A stretch of DNA of 64,000 nt from Candidatus Sulfomarinibacteraceae bacterium (GCA_963796455.1 CAWCLO010000007.1:1-64000); one strand, 5' to 3'. Counted from the first letter of the stretch, positions 10,641-20,978 are shown. Numbers and translations are program-made. Notes: a model not told the origin generated them from the letters alone.

Positions 10641-10992
10641 GTCCAACGCCGCCACGAATACCAACCTCGTTGCCCACTCGAAAGCCCTCGAAGCAGCAGG
10701 AATCGCGATCAATCTCGTGATGAGGGTTCCGGCTCCGCTGAAGTCCATAGCCGATCAGGTGATCCGGTCGGCAAGTTCGGTCCCTGCAAACCTGGCTGAA
10801 GGTCACGGCCGTTTCGGTAGAGACCGGTTGAACCACTGGAGAATCGCGTACGCCTCGGCCAAAGAGGTCGACAGCCACTTGATGCTCCTCGCCCACGCCG
10901 GTGCGATCAGTCGGAATGGTGCCAGTGAAGCAATGAACGCCTTCGATCAAGTCCGTGCCATGACCTGGCGGCTGCTGAACCCGAAGAAGTGA
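10639..10992 (+). CDS. Four helix bundle protein (23S rRNA IVS protein-like / TIGR02436 family)
   Basis: IADQVIRSASSVPANLAEGHGR...HWRIAYASAKEV. GGAGGT RBS before ATG 10639; 117 aa. Confidence 0.88.
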   Translation: MSNAATNTNLVAHSKALEAAGIAINLVMRVPAPLKSIADQVIRSASSVPANLAEGHGRFGRDRLNHWRIAYASAKEVDSHLMLLAHAGAISRNGASEAMNAFDQVRAMTWRLLNPKK

Positions 10993-11122
10993 GTGCAGTC
11001 GCTGCCCCGGCCGCTGATCACTGACGCTGATGACTGAACACTGCCGCTGGCGACTGTTCGCTGTCGACCGTTCTCTGCCGCTGTCTCTGCACGCTATCCG
11101 AGACTCTGTCTTGGACAAGAGT

Positions 11123-11157
11123 GATGCAGGATGCAGGATGCAGGATGCAGGATGCAG
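11123..11157. repeat. (GATGCAG)5 tandem heptamer
   Basis: Five exact copies just after the right end of cassette A. Confidence 0.95.
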
Positions 11158-11238
11158 GAAAATTGTGGAAATACCGCACGGCTTGTCAAAGGCCGTGTCC
11201 GATGAAATTCCTAATTCCGAATTCTTATTTCTCGATCT

Positions 11239-12471
11239 CTAGCTCGTTCCATTTTTGCGGGCGCCGGACTTGAGCCGCTCCTCGATCTTTGCGAGTTTTT
11301 GCGTCAGCAGGTTCTTCTCGATGGCGAGACCCGCCTCGATCATCAATAACTCGAGACCGTGGGTCGAGGTGATCGGGTGTCCGCCGGGAAGGCTGTCGCC
11401 GTAGAAGAGGACCGCGACTCGGCCGTTGACGACGATCGGCGCGACGATCACCTCCGGAGGCACGACGCCGCCGATCTGATCGATCAGATAATTGTTCCAC
11501 GGGCACTGGTCGAGACGACCGTGGTACGAGGACTTGCGTTTGATGACCTCGGCGAAAACCGAATTTTCACTGGTCGGGATCTGCAGGTGCCGGATCCGGT
11601 TGGTCACATCCGGCGAATCATCTCCCGCTCTGCCGATTCCAAATTGTCCGATACCGGTGATCTTGTCTTCCGAGACCCCGAAAAGAACCCCTCGATTGAC
11701 AACACTGGTCGCATATCTGAGGGTCAGCAGCGCAATTTCCCCCGAGCTCGCAAAAGGCCGCAGGTGGATTTCGGTCATCATGGTGCGCAGATCGGCGAGA
11801 TCGGATGGCCACTCGGTGACTTCATCGGTCGGATCGGTTTGGTAGATCGTCGCCGTGGGGTCGACCATATAGTTGAGGAGTTCCCGCGATGTTTCGACCA
11901 CCGAGTCGCTTTCGGTGCGTCCACTCCGCAGACTGGGCACCGGTCGCACCGAGCCGCGGCCACCGACGTCTTCCACCTTGCTCAACAGATCGAGGATAAA
12001 CGGATCGATGCTGACGACCTCGTTGAGCTTTGCCTCTTCGTCATCGATCTCGGTCTCGAATTCTTCATGGGGATCGATGAACTTGAAACTGAAGAAGCCG
12101 GAATCCCACTTCATGAACTCGGTGGCGATCTTTTGCAGTTGTTGGGTCAGCACATTGTGGAGGTCGTTTTCATCAACTGCCCCCATTTCAACCAGAATGG
12201 CTCCGAGTTTCTTGCGCTTGGGGGCCAGACGTTGGGTCGCCAATGCGGCATCCAGAGTCTCGCGTTCGATGAGGTTGTGGCTGAGCAGGAGTTCGCCGAC
12301 TGACGGCGCCGAGTATCCATTGGCCGCGTGATACATTTTTCCGCTGTTGAGGAGGAAAACCCCCTTCTTCTCGCCCCGACTCAGGGTGAGCTCGCCCGAC
12401 TTCCTGAACAGCGACAAGGTCTGCAGGATCTCGTCCAGGCGAAGGTTCTCGAGACGGCCAACAAAAGACAT
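11239..12471 (-). CDS. DUF4388 + MshEN-like + GAF-like protein, paralog 2
   Basis: Collinear with 8802-10043 (shared FVGRLE/LVGRLE, WDSGFFSFK, GIGQFGIG, HGLELLMIEAGLAIEKNLL). Confidence 0.8.
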   Translation of the reverse strand: MSFVGRLENLRLDEILQTLSLFRKSGELTLSRGEKKGVFLLNSGKMYHAANGYSAPSVGELLLSHNLIERETLDAALATQRLAPKRKKLGAILVEMGAVDENDLHNVLTQQLQKIATEFMKWDSGFFSFKFIDPHEEFETEIDDEEAKLNEVVSIDPFILDLLSKVEDVGGRGSVRPVPSLRSGRTESDSVVETSRELLNYMVDPTATIYQTDPTDEVTEWPSDLADLRTMMTEIHLRPFASSGEIALLTLRYATSVVNRGVLFGVSEDKITGIGQFGIGRAGDDSPDVTNRIRHLQIPTSENSVFAEVIKRKSSYHGRLDQCPWNNYLIDQIGGVVPPEVIVAPIVVNGRVAVLFYGDSLPGGHPITSTHGLELLMIEAGLAIEKNLLTQKLAKIEERLKSGARKNGTS

Positions 12472-12631
12472 GACTCAGCTCCGACTCGAAGGTCCCCGAG
12501 GTCGGTGTTTTCTGCCGTTGGTGTGCATTTCAACCCTCCGTTTTCGTTCCAGGGCGGTGGAATTGCAACGTTCGGGTCTCTGCCGTGTTCGGGCTTGCGG
12601 CCCAGAACGCTCATCCGCCACTCAGGGTAAT

Positions 12632-12647
12632 AGCAAGACGGATGCCA
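12632..12647 (-). promoter_or_regulatory. sigma54 -24/-12 promoter
   Basis: Minus strand TGGCATCCGTCTTGCT upstream of paralog 2. Confidence 0.78.
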
Positions 12648-12727
12648 GATTGAGACCAACAGCGTAGGGGGCAATCAAGGAGAGTCATCCCGAATTGGGA
12701 CAGATACTGCCGTGACACGGTTTCTTC

Positions 12728-12761
12728 GAGTTCGGAATTCGGAGTTCGGAGTTCGGAATTC
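12728..12761. repeat. (GARTTCG)~5 tandem heptamer
   Basis: gagttcg gaattcg gagttcg gagttcg gaattc. Confidence 0.9.
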
Positions 12762-12866
12762 CGGGCCCCGAAAACCGGTTCGCCACAGCGTCATCACGGC
12801 GTTCCGGAGAAAATACCTTCTAGAATTTAGGCGATCTGCGGTTTTTTCCCGACGACGGGACCGTCG

Positions 12867-13157
12867 TCAGTCGATAGTGGCCGATTTGGCCGCTACCAGC
12901 TCCATGGCGCGGTTGATGGGGATATGCGCGACGCCGTCGCCTTCGCTGATCCACCCATAACTATTGAGAAGCTCGAGCTGATCCGCGTCCAGCTGCTGCA
13001 GGGCCTGATAGGGCTGCGAGTAGACCTTGCGTTCGAGTTCGGCCCTTTCGGCCTGAAAAAACAGCGCCTGCAGGGCGACAATGATCACAAAAAGCAAGAT
13101 CGCAGAAATGATTCCTACCACCGCGGAGGCCGCCACATTTGGATCGTCATAACGCAT
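12867..13157 (-). CDS. Small membrane protein, ActG-like subunit of alternative complex III
   Basis: One TM helix and LNSYGWISEGDGVAHIPINRAMELV. Follows actF. Confidence 0.7.
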   Translation of the reverse strand: MRYDDPNVAASAVVGIISAILLFVIIVALQALFFQAERAELERKVYSQPYQALQQLDADQLELLNSYGWISEGDGVAHIPINRAMELVAAKSATID

Positions 13158-13171
13158 GGAAACACTCCGTT

Positions 13172-13277
13172 TGAGTTCGGAGTTCGGAGTTCGGAGTTCG
13201 GAATTCCCGACATCCCTCAGCGATCGCCTGGATCGGCGAGCATAACTCCGAATTCCGAATTCCGAATTCCGAATTCA
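13172..13277. repeat. Inverted heptamer arrays forming a hairpin between actF and actG-like
   Basis: (GAGTTCG)4-GAATTC at 13173-13206 faces AACTCCG-(AATTCCG)3-AATTCA at 13244-13277. Confidence 0.9.
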
Positions 13278-13279
13278 TA

Positions 13280-14491
13280 TCAGGCGTTCTCGAACGCAAT
13301 GGACTCTTCGAGCCGGGGGTCCTTTTCCGGGATGACCGAGTGCCGTTTCAATCGGAACAGAACGCCGGCCGACCAGATACCGTTGAGACCGAGAAAGCAC
13401 AGGACATCAAGCAGCCCGAAGCGAGCCACGCCGGGGCTGAACTCGGGGATGACCAGCCAATAGATATTGATCCAACACATGATCAACACATAGCCGCCGG
13501 TGACGGCGAGAAGAGCCGGACGCCTTTTGATCGCACGAGAGACCAGAAGGAGGAAGGGCACCAGAAAGTGTCCGAAGATGAGGATCAAGCTGACATTGAC
13601 CCAACCGCCGGTCTGGCGCTTGAGAAACCAGCCGGTCTCCTCCGGAAGATTCGCGTACCAGATGAGCATGTACTGCGAGAACGCGATGTACGCCCAGAAG
13701 ACGATGAAACCAAAGAGCAGTTTGCCGAAATCGTGATAGTGCTCGACGGTGATCGCGTTGGGAAGGACCTTGCGAAATTGCAGACCGAAGATGACCTTTG
13801 GCATCACCGCTAGAAATGCCACCACCGACACCGCGAAGTAGTACACCCCGAAAATGGTCGAGAACCAGTGCGGATCCAACGACATCAGGAGGTCAAAGGA
13901 GGCGAAATTGATGCTGAGGGCGAAGAGCACCATCCCGGGTGCGCTGAATCGCTCCATGCGGAGGGTGAGCGCAGCGTCACCGCTCGCGTCCTGGGCGATT
14001 GAAGTTCTGTGGAGAAAGGTCGCCAGAACACCCCAGATGAGAAAGTATGCGATGAGACGCACGATAAAGAAGCTCGGGTTCAAAAAAGCGATCTTGCCGG
14101 ACAGGAGAGGATCGTGTGCGGCCGCCGCGGTATCGGTCCAGCTGTAAAGGTGGTTCATTCCCCAGATCACAGGCACAGCGAGCAAGGCCATCAGCCAGAC
14201 ATTGGCGGCGATCGCCTCCGCGATCCTCCGGATGACCACGCTCCATCCCGCCCGCGTGCAATGCTGGAGCAGGACGAAGAACAGCCCCCCCAGCGTGATT
14301 GCGAGGAAAAACGCGAAGCTCACCAGATAGGTCTCGAGCAGGTATTCCATACCGTGATCGGTACGACCGGCCAGGACAAGCGAACCGCCGATGCCGATGA
14401 CCGCCAACACGGCGCACATGATCATCGGGGGTCCCGCAACCCCATCAAGGTGTCGCTTTTCGGTCGTGATGTCCAGTTGATTGCCCTGCAT
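13280..14491 (-). CDS. actF: Alternative complex III membrane subunit ActF
   Basis: Multi-TM protein with AGWSVVIRRIAE, DLLMSLDPHWFSTIFG, HYHDFGK, YIAFSQYMLIWYANLPEE. Confidence 0.88.
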   Translation of the reverse strand: MQGNQLDITTEKRHLDGVAGPPMIMCAVLAVIGIGGSLVLAGRTDHGMEYLLETYLVSFAFFLAITLGGLFFVLLQHCTRAGWSVVIRRIAEAIAANVWLMALLAVPVIWGMNHLYSWTDTAAAAHDPLLSGKIAFLNPSFFIVRLIAYFLIWGVLATFLHRTSIAQDASGDAALTLRMERFSAPGMVLFALSINFASFDLLMSLDPHWFSTIFGVYYFAVSVVAFLAVMPKVIFGLQFRKVLPNAITVEHYHDFGKLLFGFIVFWAYIAFSQYMLIWYANLPEETGWFLKRQTGGWVNVSLILIFGHFLVPFLLLVSRAIKRRPALLAVTGGYVLIMCWINIYWLVIPEFSPGVARFGLLDVLCFLGLNGIWSAGVLFRLKRHSVIPEKDPRLEESIAFENA

Positions 14492-14501
14492 TTGTCCCTC
14501 G

Positions 14502-15149
14502 CTATCGCAATTGCGCCCGAATTTCGACCGGGACGTCGTCGACCGCAGCATTCTGGCTCAGTTGCAGAGCCCGCACATACGCGATGATCGCCCAGCGATC
14601 CTCGACCGGAATCTGTGATCCGTAGGACGGCATGTTTCTGATGCCGTTGGTGATGGTGTTAAAAAGATGGCCATCGGCGCGGCCACGGATCAAATCGGAG
14701 TGGAACGAGGTCGGAGGCGTCCAGGTTCCCTCCTGAAGCTCATCCGCCCTTTTGGCAACCATGCCGTCACCGTAGCCCGAAAGTCCGTGGCACGGCGAGC
14801 AGAAGATCTCGTAGTTTCCTCGTCCGGTCTGCAACACCGAGGTGTCGAGTTTCAGCGGATTGACCTCGAGCCAATCCTCCCCCACCCGCCCGGATGCGAT
14901 TGAGGGGTCGTCGAAAAGAGCTCCGCGGGCAATCGTTCCCGCCACCGGTTGGCGCATCGCGCGGCGGTCGGCAAAAAGCGGATTCCGGCTTTGGGTCTTG
15001 AATTTGGGCTGACTGTCCATGTCCGGCACGATGTGAATACGGGGCTTGGACGAGGTGGTGACCCGGGCTCGCATGATGAGCGCCAATGGGACCCATGAAA
15101 GGACGATCGCTATGAGGATCGAAAACAGCAGCCAGCGTGGCAACTTCAT
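14502..15149 (-). CDS. actE: Alternative complex III monoheme cytochrome c ActE
   Basis: PDMDSQPKFK, single CSPCH, GIRNMPSY, DRWAIIAYVRALQ. Confidence 0.88.
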   Translation of the reverse strand: MKLPRWLLFSILIAIVLSWVPLALIMRARVTTSSKPRIHIVPDMDSQPKFKTQSRNPLFADRRAMRQPVAGTIARGALFDDPSIASGRVGEDWLEVNPLKLDTSVLQTGRGNYEIFCSPCHGLSGYGDGMVAKRADELQEGTWTPPTSFHSDLIRGRADGHLFNTITNGIRNMPSYGSQIPVEDRWAIIAYVRALQLSQNAAVDDVPVEIRAQLR

Positions 15150-15724
15150 TGCACGTCCTCGACTTCCTCGATTTCTCTACCGGAGATCGATTCGAGCAAA
15201 TTGCGCGTCTCATCACGATCAAAGAGAGGATCCGCGGCCTCGATTGAAATGAAAAAACGATCGTCGGTGACCCGTTTGAATGCCCTGCTTCGAAACAGCG
15301 GGTGATAGAGCTGCGGAAGCTTGTTCAGTGCGAGCATCCCGACCAGGGCGCTGATCGCGGCAAAGAGAATCGTCGTCTCAAACGCCACCGGAATATTTGC
15401 CGGAAGGCTGAAGAGCGGTTTGCCGCTGATCTGGAACGGATAGTCGATGGCGTTGGTCCACCACTGGAGGAGGATTCCTGCCGTCGTGCCGGTCAGACCG
15501 GCGAGAAATACGATGTAGGGGAGAATCGTTTTTTTGATGCCCATGGCGGCATCCAGACCGTGGATCACGAAGGGGGTGTGCGCATCCCAGCGCGTAAACC
15601 CTGCGTCGCGCACCTTCGCGGCACCAACCAGCAATTCGTCGACCTTGTCGAACTCGACGATGTAGCCGTACAGGACCGTGGTCTCGACGTCGCTTGCGTG
15701 GGTCGTGTCGTGGCTGCCCATCAC
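15146..15724 (-). CDS. actD: Alternative complex III subunit ActD (DUF3341)
   Basis: [46 protein letters not shown]. Confidence 0.88.
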   Translation of the reverse strand: MMGSHDTTHASDVETTVLYGYIVEFDKVDELLVGAAKVRDAGFTRWDAHTPFVIHGLDAAMGIKKTILPYIVFLAGLTGTTAGILLQWWTNAIDYPFQISGKPLFSLPANIPVAFETTILFAAISALVGMLALNKLPQLYHPLFRSRAFKRVTDDRFFISIEAADPLFDRDETRNLLESISGREIEEVEDVQ

Positions 15725-17163
15725 ACAACCTCCATTCCGGCGATGTCACCGTGATAATCGCCATGTCCGCGGTGGCCCGGGCGGTCGAGATGGGCCTGCG
15801 GCATGACTCCCTTGACCTCCGCCATGCCCACCATCGGCAGGAACCGGACGAAGAGCAGGAAGAGGGTGAAGAAGAGCCCGAAACTGCCGACAAAGGTCAG
15901 GACATCGATGATCGAAGGCCGGTAGTAGCCCCAGCTGGTCGGCAGGTAATCACGGCTCAACGAGCTGACGACGATCACGAACCGCTCGAACCACATACCG
16001 ACGTTGATCAACACCGAGGCGATCCACAGCACCACCGTCTTATTTCGGAATCTGCTGAACCAGAAGATCTGCGGAACCACGACGTTGCACGTCACCATCG
16101 TCCAATAGGCCCAGGCATAAGGGCCGAAGGCCCGGTTGAGGAAGGTGAAGGCCTCGTATTGATTGCCGCTGTACCAGGCGACGAAAAACTCGGTTGAATA
16201 GGCCAGACCAACCATCATCCCGGTGGCGAGCATGATCTTGGCCATGTTCTCGAGGTGGCGGGCGGTGATGATCTCCTCGAGATGGAAGATCTTTCGCGTC
16301 GGGATGATCAGCGTCACCACCATCGCAAAACCGGAAAAAATCGCGCCGGCGACAAAGTACGGCGGGAAGATCGTTGTGTGCCAGCCCGGCATGATCGAGA
16401 CCGCGAAGTCGAAGCTGACCACCGAGTGGACCGAAAGAACCAGGGGAGTGGCGAGCGCCGCCAGCAGCAGATAGGCAAATTCGAAGCGATGCCAGTGGCG
16501 GTTGGAGGATCTCCAACCAAGGCTGAGAATGCCATAGATATAAAAACGGAGTTTGGTCGTCGCGCGATCCCGGATTGAAGCCAGATCGGGGATCATGCCC
16601 ATATACCAGAAGAGCAGGGACACGGTTGCATAGGTGCCGACCGCAAAGACATCCCACAACAGAGGCGATCTGAAGTTCGGCCACATCAGCATCTGATTTG
16701 GAATCGGGAACAACCAGTAGGCAAACCAGATGCGGCCGACGTGGATACCGGGAAAGATCCCCGCGCAAACGACCGCAAAGATCGTCATCGCCTCGGCAAA
16801 ACGGTTGATGCTCGTCCGCCAGCGCTGACGAAGGAGAAAGAGAATCGCCGAGATCAACGTGCCCGCATGGCCGATTCCTACCCAGAATACGAAGTTGACG
16901 ATGGCGTAACCCCAACCCACCGGAACCTGAAGCCCCCAGACGCCGATACCCGTTGTAATGAGGTATCCGATCATCGCAAAGAGCATCAGGGTGAGACTGG
17001 AGGAGATGGCGAAGGCCACCCACCAGGCTTTTGGCGTCTCGCGTCGTTCGACGATGCCGCAGACCTTCTCGGTGACCGAGTGGAAGTCGTTGTCGCCGAC
17101 CACCAGCTTGGCGCGAACCCGTGGGTCGTCACCGGTGTTGTCGAGGTAGTTCGTGGTATTCAC
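15721..17163 (-). CDS. actC: Alternative complex III NrfD/PsrC-family subunit ActC
   Basis: [61 protein letters not shown]. Confidence 0.93.
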   Translation of the reverse strand: MNTTNYLDNTGDDPRVRAKLVVGDNDFHSVTEKVCGIVERRETPKAWWVAFAISSSLTLMLFAMIGYLITTGIGVWGLQVPVGWGYAIVNFVFWVGIGHAGTLISAILFLLRQRWRTSINRFAEAMTIFAVVCAGIFPGIHVGRIWFAYWLFPIPNQMLMWPNFRSPLLWDVFAVGTYATVSLLFWYMGMIPDLASIRDRATTKLRFYIYGILSLGWRSSNRHWHRFEFAYLLLAALATPLVLSVHSVVSFDFAVSIMPGWHTTIFPPYFVAGAIFSGFAMVVTLIIPTRKIFHLEEIITARHLENMAKIMLATGMMVGLAYSTEFFVAWYSGNQYEAFTFLNRAFGPYAWAYWTMVTCNVVVPQIFWFSRFRNKTVVLWIASVLINVGMWFERFVIVVSSLSRDYLPTSWGYYRPSIIDVLTFVGSFGLFFTLFLLFVRFLPMVGMAEVKGVMPQAHLDRPGHRGHGDYHGDIAGMEVV

Positions 17164-20100
17164 GCCGACTCCTCCCCGTGGTTGTCGTCGTCGTGGTGCG
17201 GTGGCGCGTGATCTGCGCTGTCGCCGCCGTCGATCGGGTTACTCAGTCTGGCGAGGTATCGGGTCCGTGGTCTGATATTGAGTTCGGCCAAGGTGGCGTA
17301 GGACCGGTGATCCGCATGCAGCCGCGACACTTCGCTGCCTTCGTCGTTGATGTTGCCAAAGGTGATCGCGTTGGTCGGACAGGTCTGGGCGCACGCGGGT
17401 TTGATCTCGCCGTCTCGAATCGGGCGATTGTCGTTCCGCGCTGGGATCCGAACAGCCTCGATGCGTTGGGTGCAGAAGGTGCACTTCTCCATCACACCGC
17501 GAGACCTGACCGTCACCTCCGGGTTGAATTGCATTTTGGAGGTTTCCGCCAGGCTCTTGTGATAGTTGAAGAAGTTGAAGCGGCGAACTTTGAAAGGACA
17601 GTTGTTGGAGCAATAGCGGGTGCCGACGCAGCGGTTGTAGACCATCGCGTTGAGCCCATCGGCCGTATGCTGGGTCGCAGCCACCGGACACACCTGCTCG
17701 CAAGGAGCATTCTCACACTGCACACAGGCCATCGGCTGAAAGACGACGTCGGCGTCTTCAACATCGATCGCCGCCACATCGGGTTCGGTCTTGAAGTAGC
17801 GATCGATCCGGATCCAATGCATTTCACGTTGATTGAGGACCTGCTCGCGACCCACGACGGGGATATTGTTCTCGGCCTGGCAGGCAACGACGCAGGCGTT
17901 GCAGCCGATGCAGGTGTTGAGATCGATCGTCATCCCCCACTGCTCGCCCTCGAAAACCTGGTCCTTCCACAAATTGATGTTCGGTGGGTGGTGGTCGTGC
18001 TCGTGAATCACGTTCGGGTTGGCCTTGAATGCATCAATGGTCGCCTCGCGGACCAGGGCGCCGACGCGCACATTGCGTTCGGCGAAACCGAGGGTGTCAA
18101 TGGCGAAATGATCCTGGGTCGTAGCCAGGGAATAGCGCTGTCCGGTCTTCGAGATGCTGACGCCGCGAACCACCGATGGCGAGTTCAGGGTGCGCAGAGG
18201 ATAGGTGTCGACCCCGACACCGGTACCGACCTGACCGGCGGCGGTGCGCCCGTAGCCCAGGCTGGTTGCCATCGAATGAAGGGCCACACCGGGAATCACA
18301 CAGACCGGAAGTTCGAGCTCGACTCCGTTGGCTGCGACGGCGACCACATCTCCGTCGGCCACACCCTGCTCGCGAGCCGTCTGAGGCGAAAGCAGCAACG
18401 CGTTGTCCCAGGTGATCTTGGTGAGCGCATCGGGCAGCTCCTGAAGCCAACCATTGTTGGCGAATCGACCGTCATACACCTTCGAGTCCGGTTTGATCAC
18501 GAGCTCGAGGCGATCGGCATTTGGCGGATCCACTTCGAGTTCGTTGCGAAGACCATCGACCGCGTTGGCGAGGGCGGATGGATCGGGTCGCGGCGCCACC
18601 GCGGGTTCCTTACTGCCTTCCACCAGACCGTCGTGGACGGCCCGACGCCAAAAGCTCTCGAAATCAGCCGTTGACGACATGGCACTCAAGGTTTCCCGAA
18701 CCAGCTCGTAGCCGGTTTTTTTGCCACTCCCGGAAAGGAGGGACAAAACCTCGATGTCCGATCGTCCCTCATAGAGCGGTTCAATCATCGGTTGCCGCAG
18801 AGTCCGGGTTCCATCCCAAGCCGCACCGTCGCCCCAGGCCTCGAATGAGTGAGCTCCAGGTATGTGCCAGGTGCAGCGGCGCGAGGTCTCGTCATCGTAG
18901 AGGCTGAGGTGAACCGACAGCGGGACATCCGCCAGCAGATCCGCAAATCCGAGATCGGCTGGGGCGTCAAAGGCCGGATTGCCGCCGAGAATCAACAGCG
19001 TTTCTACCTGCTTCGAGCCAATCGCAGCCGCCAGATCAGCGATCGCTTCGAGGTGGCTCGGACGATCGGGGTCGGGATCGGAGGAATAGACAAGGGTCGA
19101 ATCCGTCGCGCCCAGTGCGTGGTTGAGCACCGCCGCCAGGGCATGCACGGCGGGAGCCTGCCGCGGACCGACGACAATGACGCTCTGACCGTGATGGCTC
19201 ATCAGATCGGCAGCCAGGGCCTCGACAAATTCTTGCGCTTTTTCGGACGCCGGTTCGGCCGAGCCTGCAAAGCGCGCGGCAGCGGCCGGAAGATCCAGCC
19301 CGTGTTCGGCAACCAGACGGTTGGCGACCCAGGCGAGAAGCAGAGGGATCTGCGACGCGGGAACCGCCACCCGATGATCCGCCCGAACACCGGTCAGAGA
19401 AAAATCGGACTCGGCAGCATAGAGGCGAGCGCCCATCCCCGACTCGGGATCTCTGGCACTGGCGAACTCCTTCGCCAGGCGCAAGGCCGACGGGTGTTCG
19501 AAGAGTGGATCGGCGTCAAAACAGGCCACGACCGCTGCGTGCTCCAGCTGAGGCTGAACCCGGAGCTTCGATCCAAAGGCCAAACTCGTTCCTTCGCGTT
19601 CGTTGTCCCACGATGCGGCTTCATATTCGTACCAGGAAACTTCCGGCCGGCTCTCGAGCATGGCCTGACGCATCCTGGCGCGGGTTGGGGAGGACGACGC
19701 AGGGACAAGAACTGCAAGACCCCGTCCGTCACCGCCGAATCGGTCAGCGGCAAGATTCTCAAAATCGGCCCACGCCTTGACGTACTCCTGGCCGCCTTGG
19801 CGCAGGATGAGGCGTCGACTGCGGTCAGGATCATAAAGTTGGAGAACCTCGGCCTGTGCGATGGCGCTCAGTGCCCCGAAACTGTCGGGATGGAGCGGGT
19901 TGCCCTCAGCCTTGATCGGGCGTCCGTCAAAGGATGTTCCCAGGATGCCAACCGCCGCACCGGCGAACTCCATCGATGTCGCATAGTGCTCCGGCACGCC
20001 CGGAATGCGGCCATCCGGCCGGTTCGCGAAGGGAACGATCTCCTCTTTGGGCCAGCGGCAGGCCGTCAACCCGGCCATCGCCATCGAGGCGCCCATGACC

Positions 20101-20258
20101 TTGAGAAATTGGCGACGGGTGGCCGGCGGCAGCCGGTCCCACTCATCGTTCGGGAACTCCCGCTGCACCGCCTCCTGAAACTCTGGGGTGCGCGCGAGTT
20201 CGTCGAGGCTTCGCCAATAGGTGATGCCGGTCTGATTCTTGGTATTCAACGGTGACAT
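17160..20258 (-). CDS. actB: Alternative complex III subunit ActB (molybdopterin-oxidoreductase-like + Fe-S)
   Basis: YWRSLDEL, Tat motif RRQFLK with [64 protein letters not shown]. Confidence 0.93.
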   Translation of the reverse strand: MSPLNTKNQTGITYWRSLDELARTPEFQEAVQREFPNDEWDRLPPATRRQFLKVMGASMAMAGLTACRWPKEEIVPFANRPDGRIPGVPEHYATSMEFAGAAVGILGTSFDGRPIKAEGNPLHPDSFGALSAIAQAEVLQLYDPDRSRRLILRQGGQEYVKAWADFENLAADRFGGDGRGLAVLVPASSSPTRARMRQAMLESRPEVSWYEYEAASWDNEREGTSLAFGSKLRVQPQLEHAAVVACFDADPLFEHPSALRLAKEFASARDPESGMGARLYAAESDFSLTGVRADHRVAVPASQIPLLLAWVANRLVAEHGLDLPAAAARFAGSAEPASEKAQEFVEALAADLMSHHGQSVIVVGPRQAPAVHALAAVLNHALGATDSTLVYSSDPDPDRPSHLEAIADLAAAIGSKQVETLLILGGNPAFDAPADLGFADLLADVPLSVHLSLYDDETSRRCTWHIPGAHSFEAWGDGAAWDGTRTLRQPMIEPLYEGRSDIEVLSLLSGSGKKTGYELVRETLSAMSSTADFESFWRRAVHDGLVEGSKEPAVAPRPDPSALANAVDGLRNELEVDPPNADRLELVIKPDSKVYDGRFANNGWLQELPDALTKITWDNALLLSPQTAREQGVADGDVVAVAANGVELELPVCVIPGVALHSMATSLGYGRTAAGQVGTGVGVDTYPLRTLNSPSVVRGVSISKTGQRYSLATTQDHFAIDTLGFAERNVRVGALVREATIDAFKANPNVIHEHDHHPPNINLWKDQVFEGEQWGMTIDLNTCIGCNACVVACQAENNIPVVGREQVLNQREMHWIRIDRYFKTEPDVAAIDVEDADVVFQPMACVQCENAPCEQVCPVAATQHTADGLNAMVYNRCVGTRYCSNNCPFKVRRFNFFNYHKSLAETSKMQFNPEVTVRSRGVMEKCTFCTQRIEAVRIPARNDNRPIRDGEIKPACAQTCPTNAITFGNINDEGSEVSRLHADHRSYATLAELNIRPRTRYLARLSNPIDGGDSADHAPPHHDDDNHGEESA

Positions 20259-20914
20259 GTGTTGCAATCCTGGGGAGGGTTGATGTTGTTGGTTTCTCGC
20301 AAACGACGACCGAGGGCCAACTGATCTTCTTCCGGCACCCAGTCGAGAGTTGTCACAAACTCATTCGGCCGCAAATGCTGTTCGGGATTGCGGTGACACC
20401 GCAAGCACCAGCCCATCGACAGCGCCTCGACCTGGGTGACCACCTCCATGGTGTCGATTCTCCCGTGGCAGGAAACGCAGCCAACCCCTCGGCGCACGTG
20501 CGCACTGTGGTTGAAATACACGTAATCGGGGAGATCATGGACGCGAATCCACTCGACGGGGACACCGGTCGAATAGCTCTCGAATACCGGAATCAGCTTT
20601 TCTGAATTCGCCCGGATCTTCGAGTGGCAGTTCATGCAGGTCTGGGTCGGCGGTATCGCGGCGGCGGCCGCCTTTTCTACCGACGTGTGGCAATACCTGC
20701 AGTCAATCCCGAGCTGGCCGACGTGAACCGCGTGGCTGTACGGCACCGGTTGTACCGGTGCATAGCCGACGTCGGTCGCTTGCGGAGAGAAGCCGAAAGC
20801 GACCACAACCGTCGCATAGAGCAGCCCTCCAAGCGCGCCGAGTGCCACGGCAGGTCGCAAGACCCCCGTCCATCTTGGGAAAATGAAGATATCATTGGAC
20901 TTGTCTTCATTCAT
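20246..20914 (-). CDS. actA: Alternative complex III pentaheme cytochrome c ActA
   Basis: Five CxxCH motifs (CRYCH, CMNCH, CVSCH, CLRCH, CNTCH), plus QPVPYSHAVH and LPDYVYFNHSAH. Confidence 0.93.
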   Translation of the reverse strand: MNEDKSNDIFIFPRWTGVLRPAVALGALGGLLYATVVVAFGFSPQATDVGYAPVQPVPYSHAVHVGQLGIDCRYCHTSVEKAAAAAIPPTQTCMNCHSKIRANSEKLIPVFESYSTGVPVEWIRVHDLPDYVYFNHSAHVRRGVGCVSCHGRIDTMEVVTQVEALSMGWCLRCHRNPEQHLRPNEFVTTLDWVPEEDQLALGRRLRETNNINPPQDCNTCHR

Positions 20915-20922
20915 GAGAACGA

Positions 20923-20951
20923 ATCCTAACTTTGTGCACCAGAGAAGTCAA
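20923..20951 (-). promoter_or_regulatory. sigma70-type promoter of the act operon
   Basis: Minus strand TTGACT-17 nt-TAGGAT, 8 nt before the actA ATG. Confidence 0.65.
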
Positions 20952-20978
20952 GTCGATGCGAACGGGTAGAATGGCCCA

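Larger units (their letters stand above)
10322..11115 (+). mobile_element. Four-helix-bundle hairpin cassette, full copy A (putative non-autonomous element)
   Basis: CAGCGG/CAGCGA-rich left arm, structured leader, gene, CGCTG-rich right arm, end GAGACTCTGTCTTGGA. Homologous to 32605-33417. Confidence 0.6.

Noticed and set aside
10639..10992. Diversity-generating retroelement (Avd-like gene) or a 23S rRNA IVS
   Set aside because: No reverse transcriptase, TR/VR pair or rRNA sequence is present in the window.
11206..12761. Inverted heptamer arms flanking DUF4388 paralog 2 as one element
   Set aside because: The polarity is opposite to all other pairs, so the arms more likely belong to two separate spacers.
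17121..20255. Long plus-strand ORFs opposite actB (also those opposite secA, guaB and the DUF4388 genes)
   Set aside because: Antisense shadows typical of high-GC coding DNA, with no recognisable motifs.
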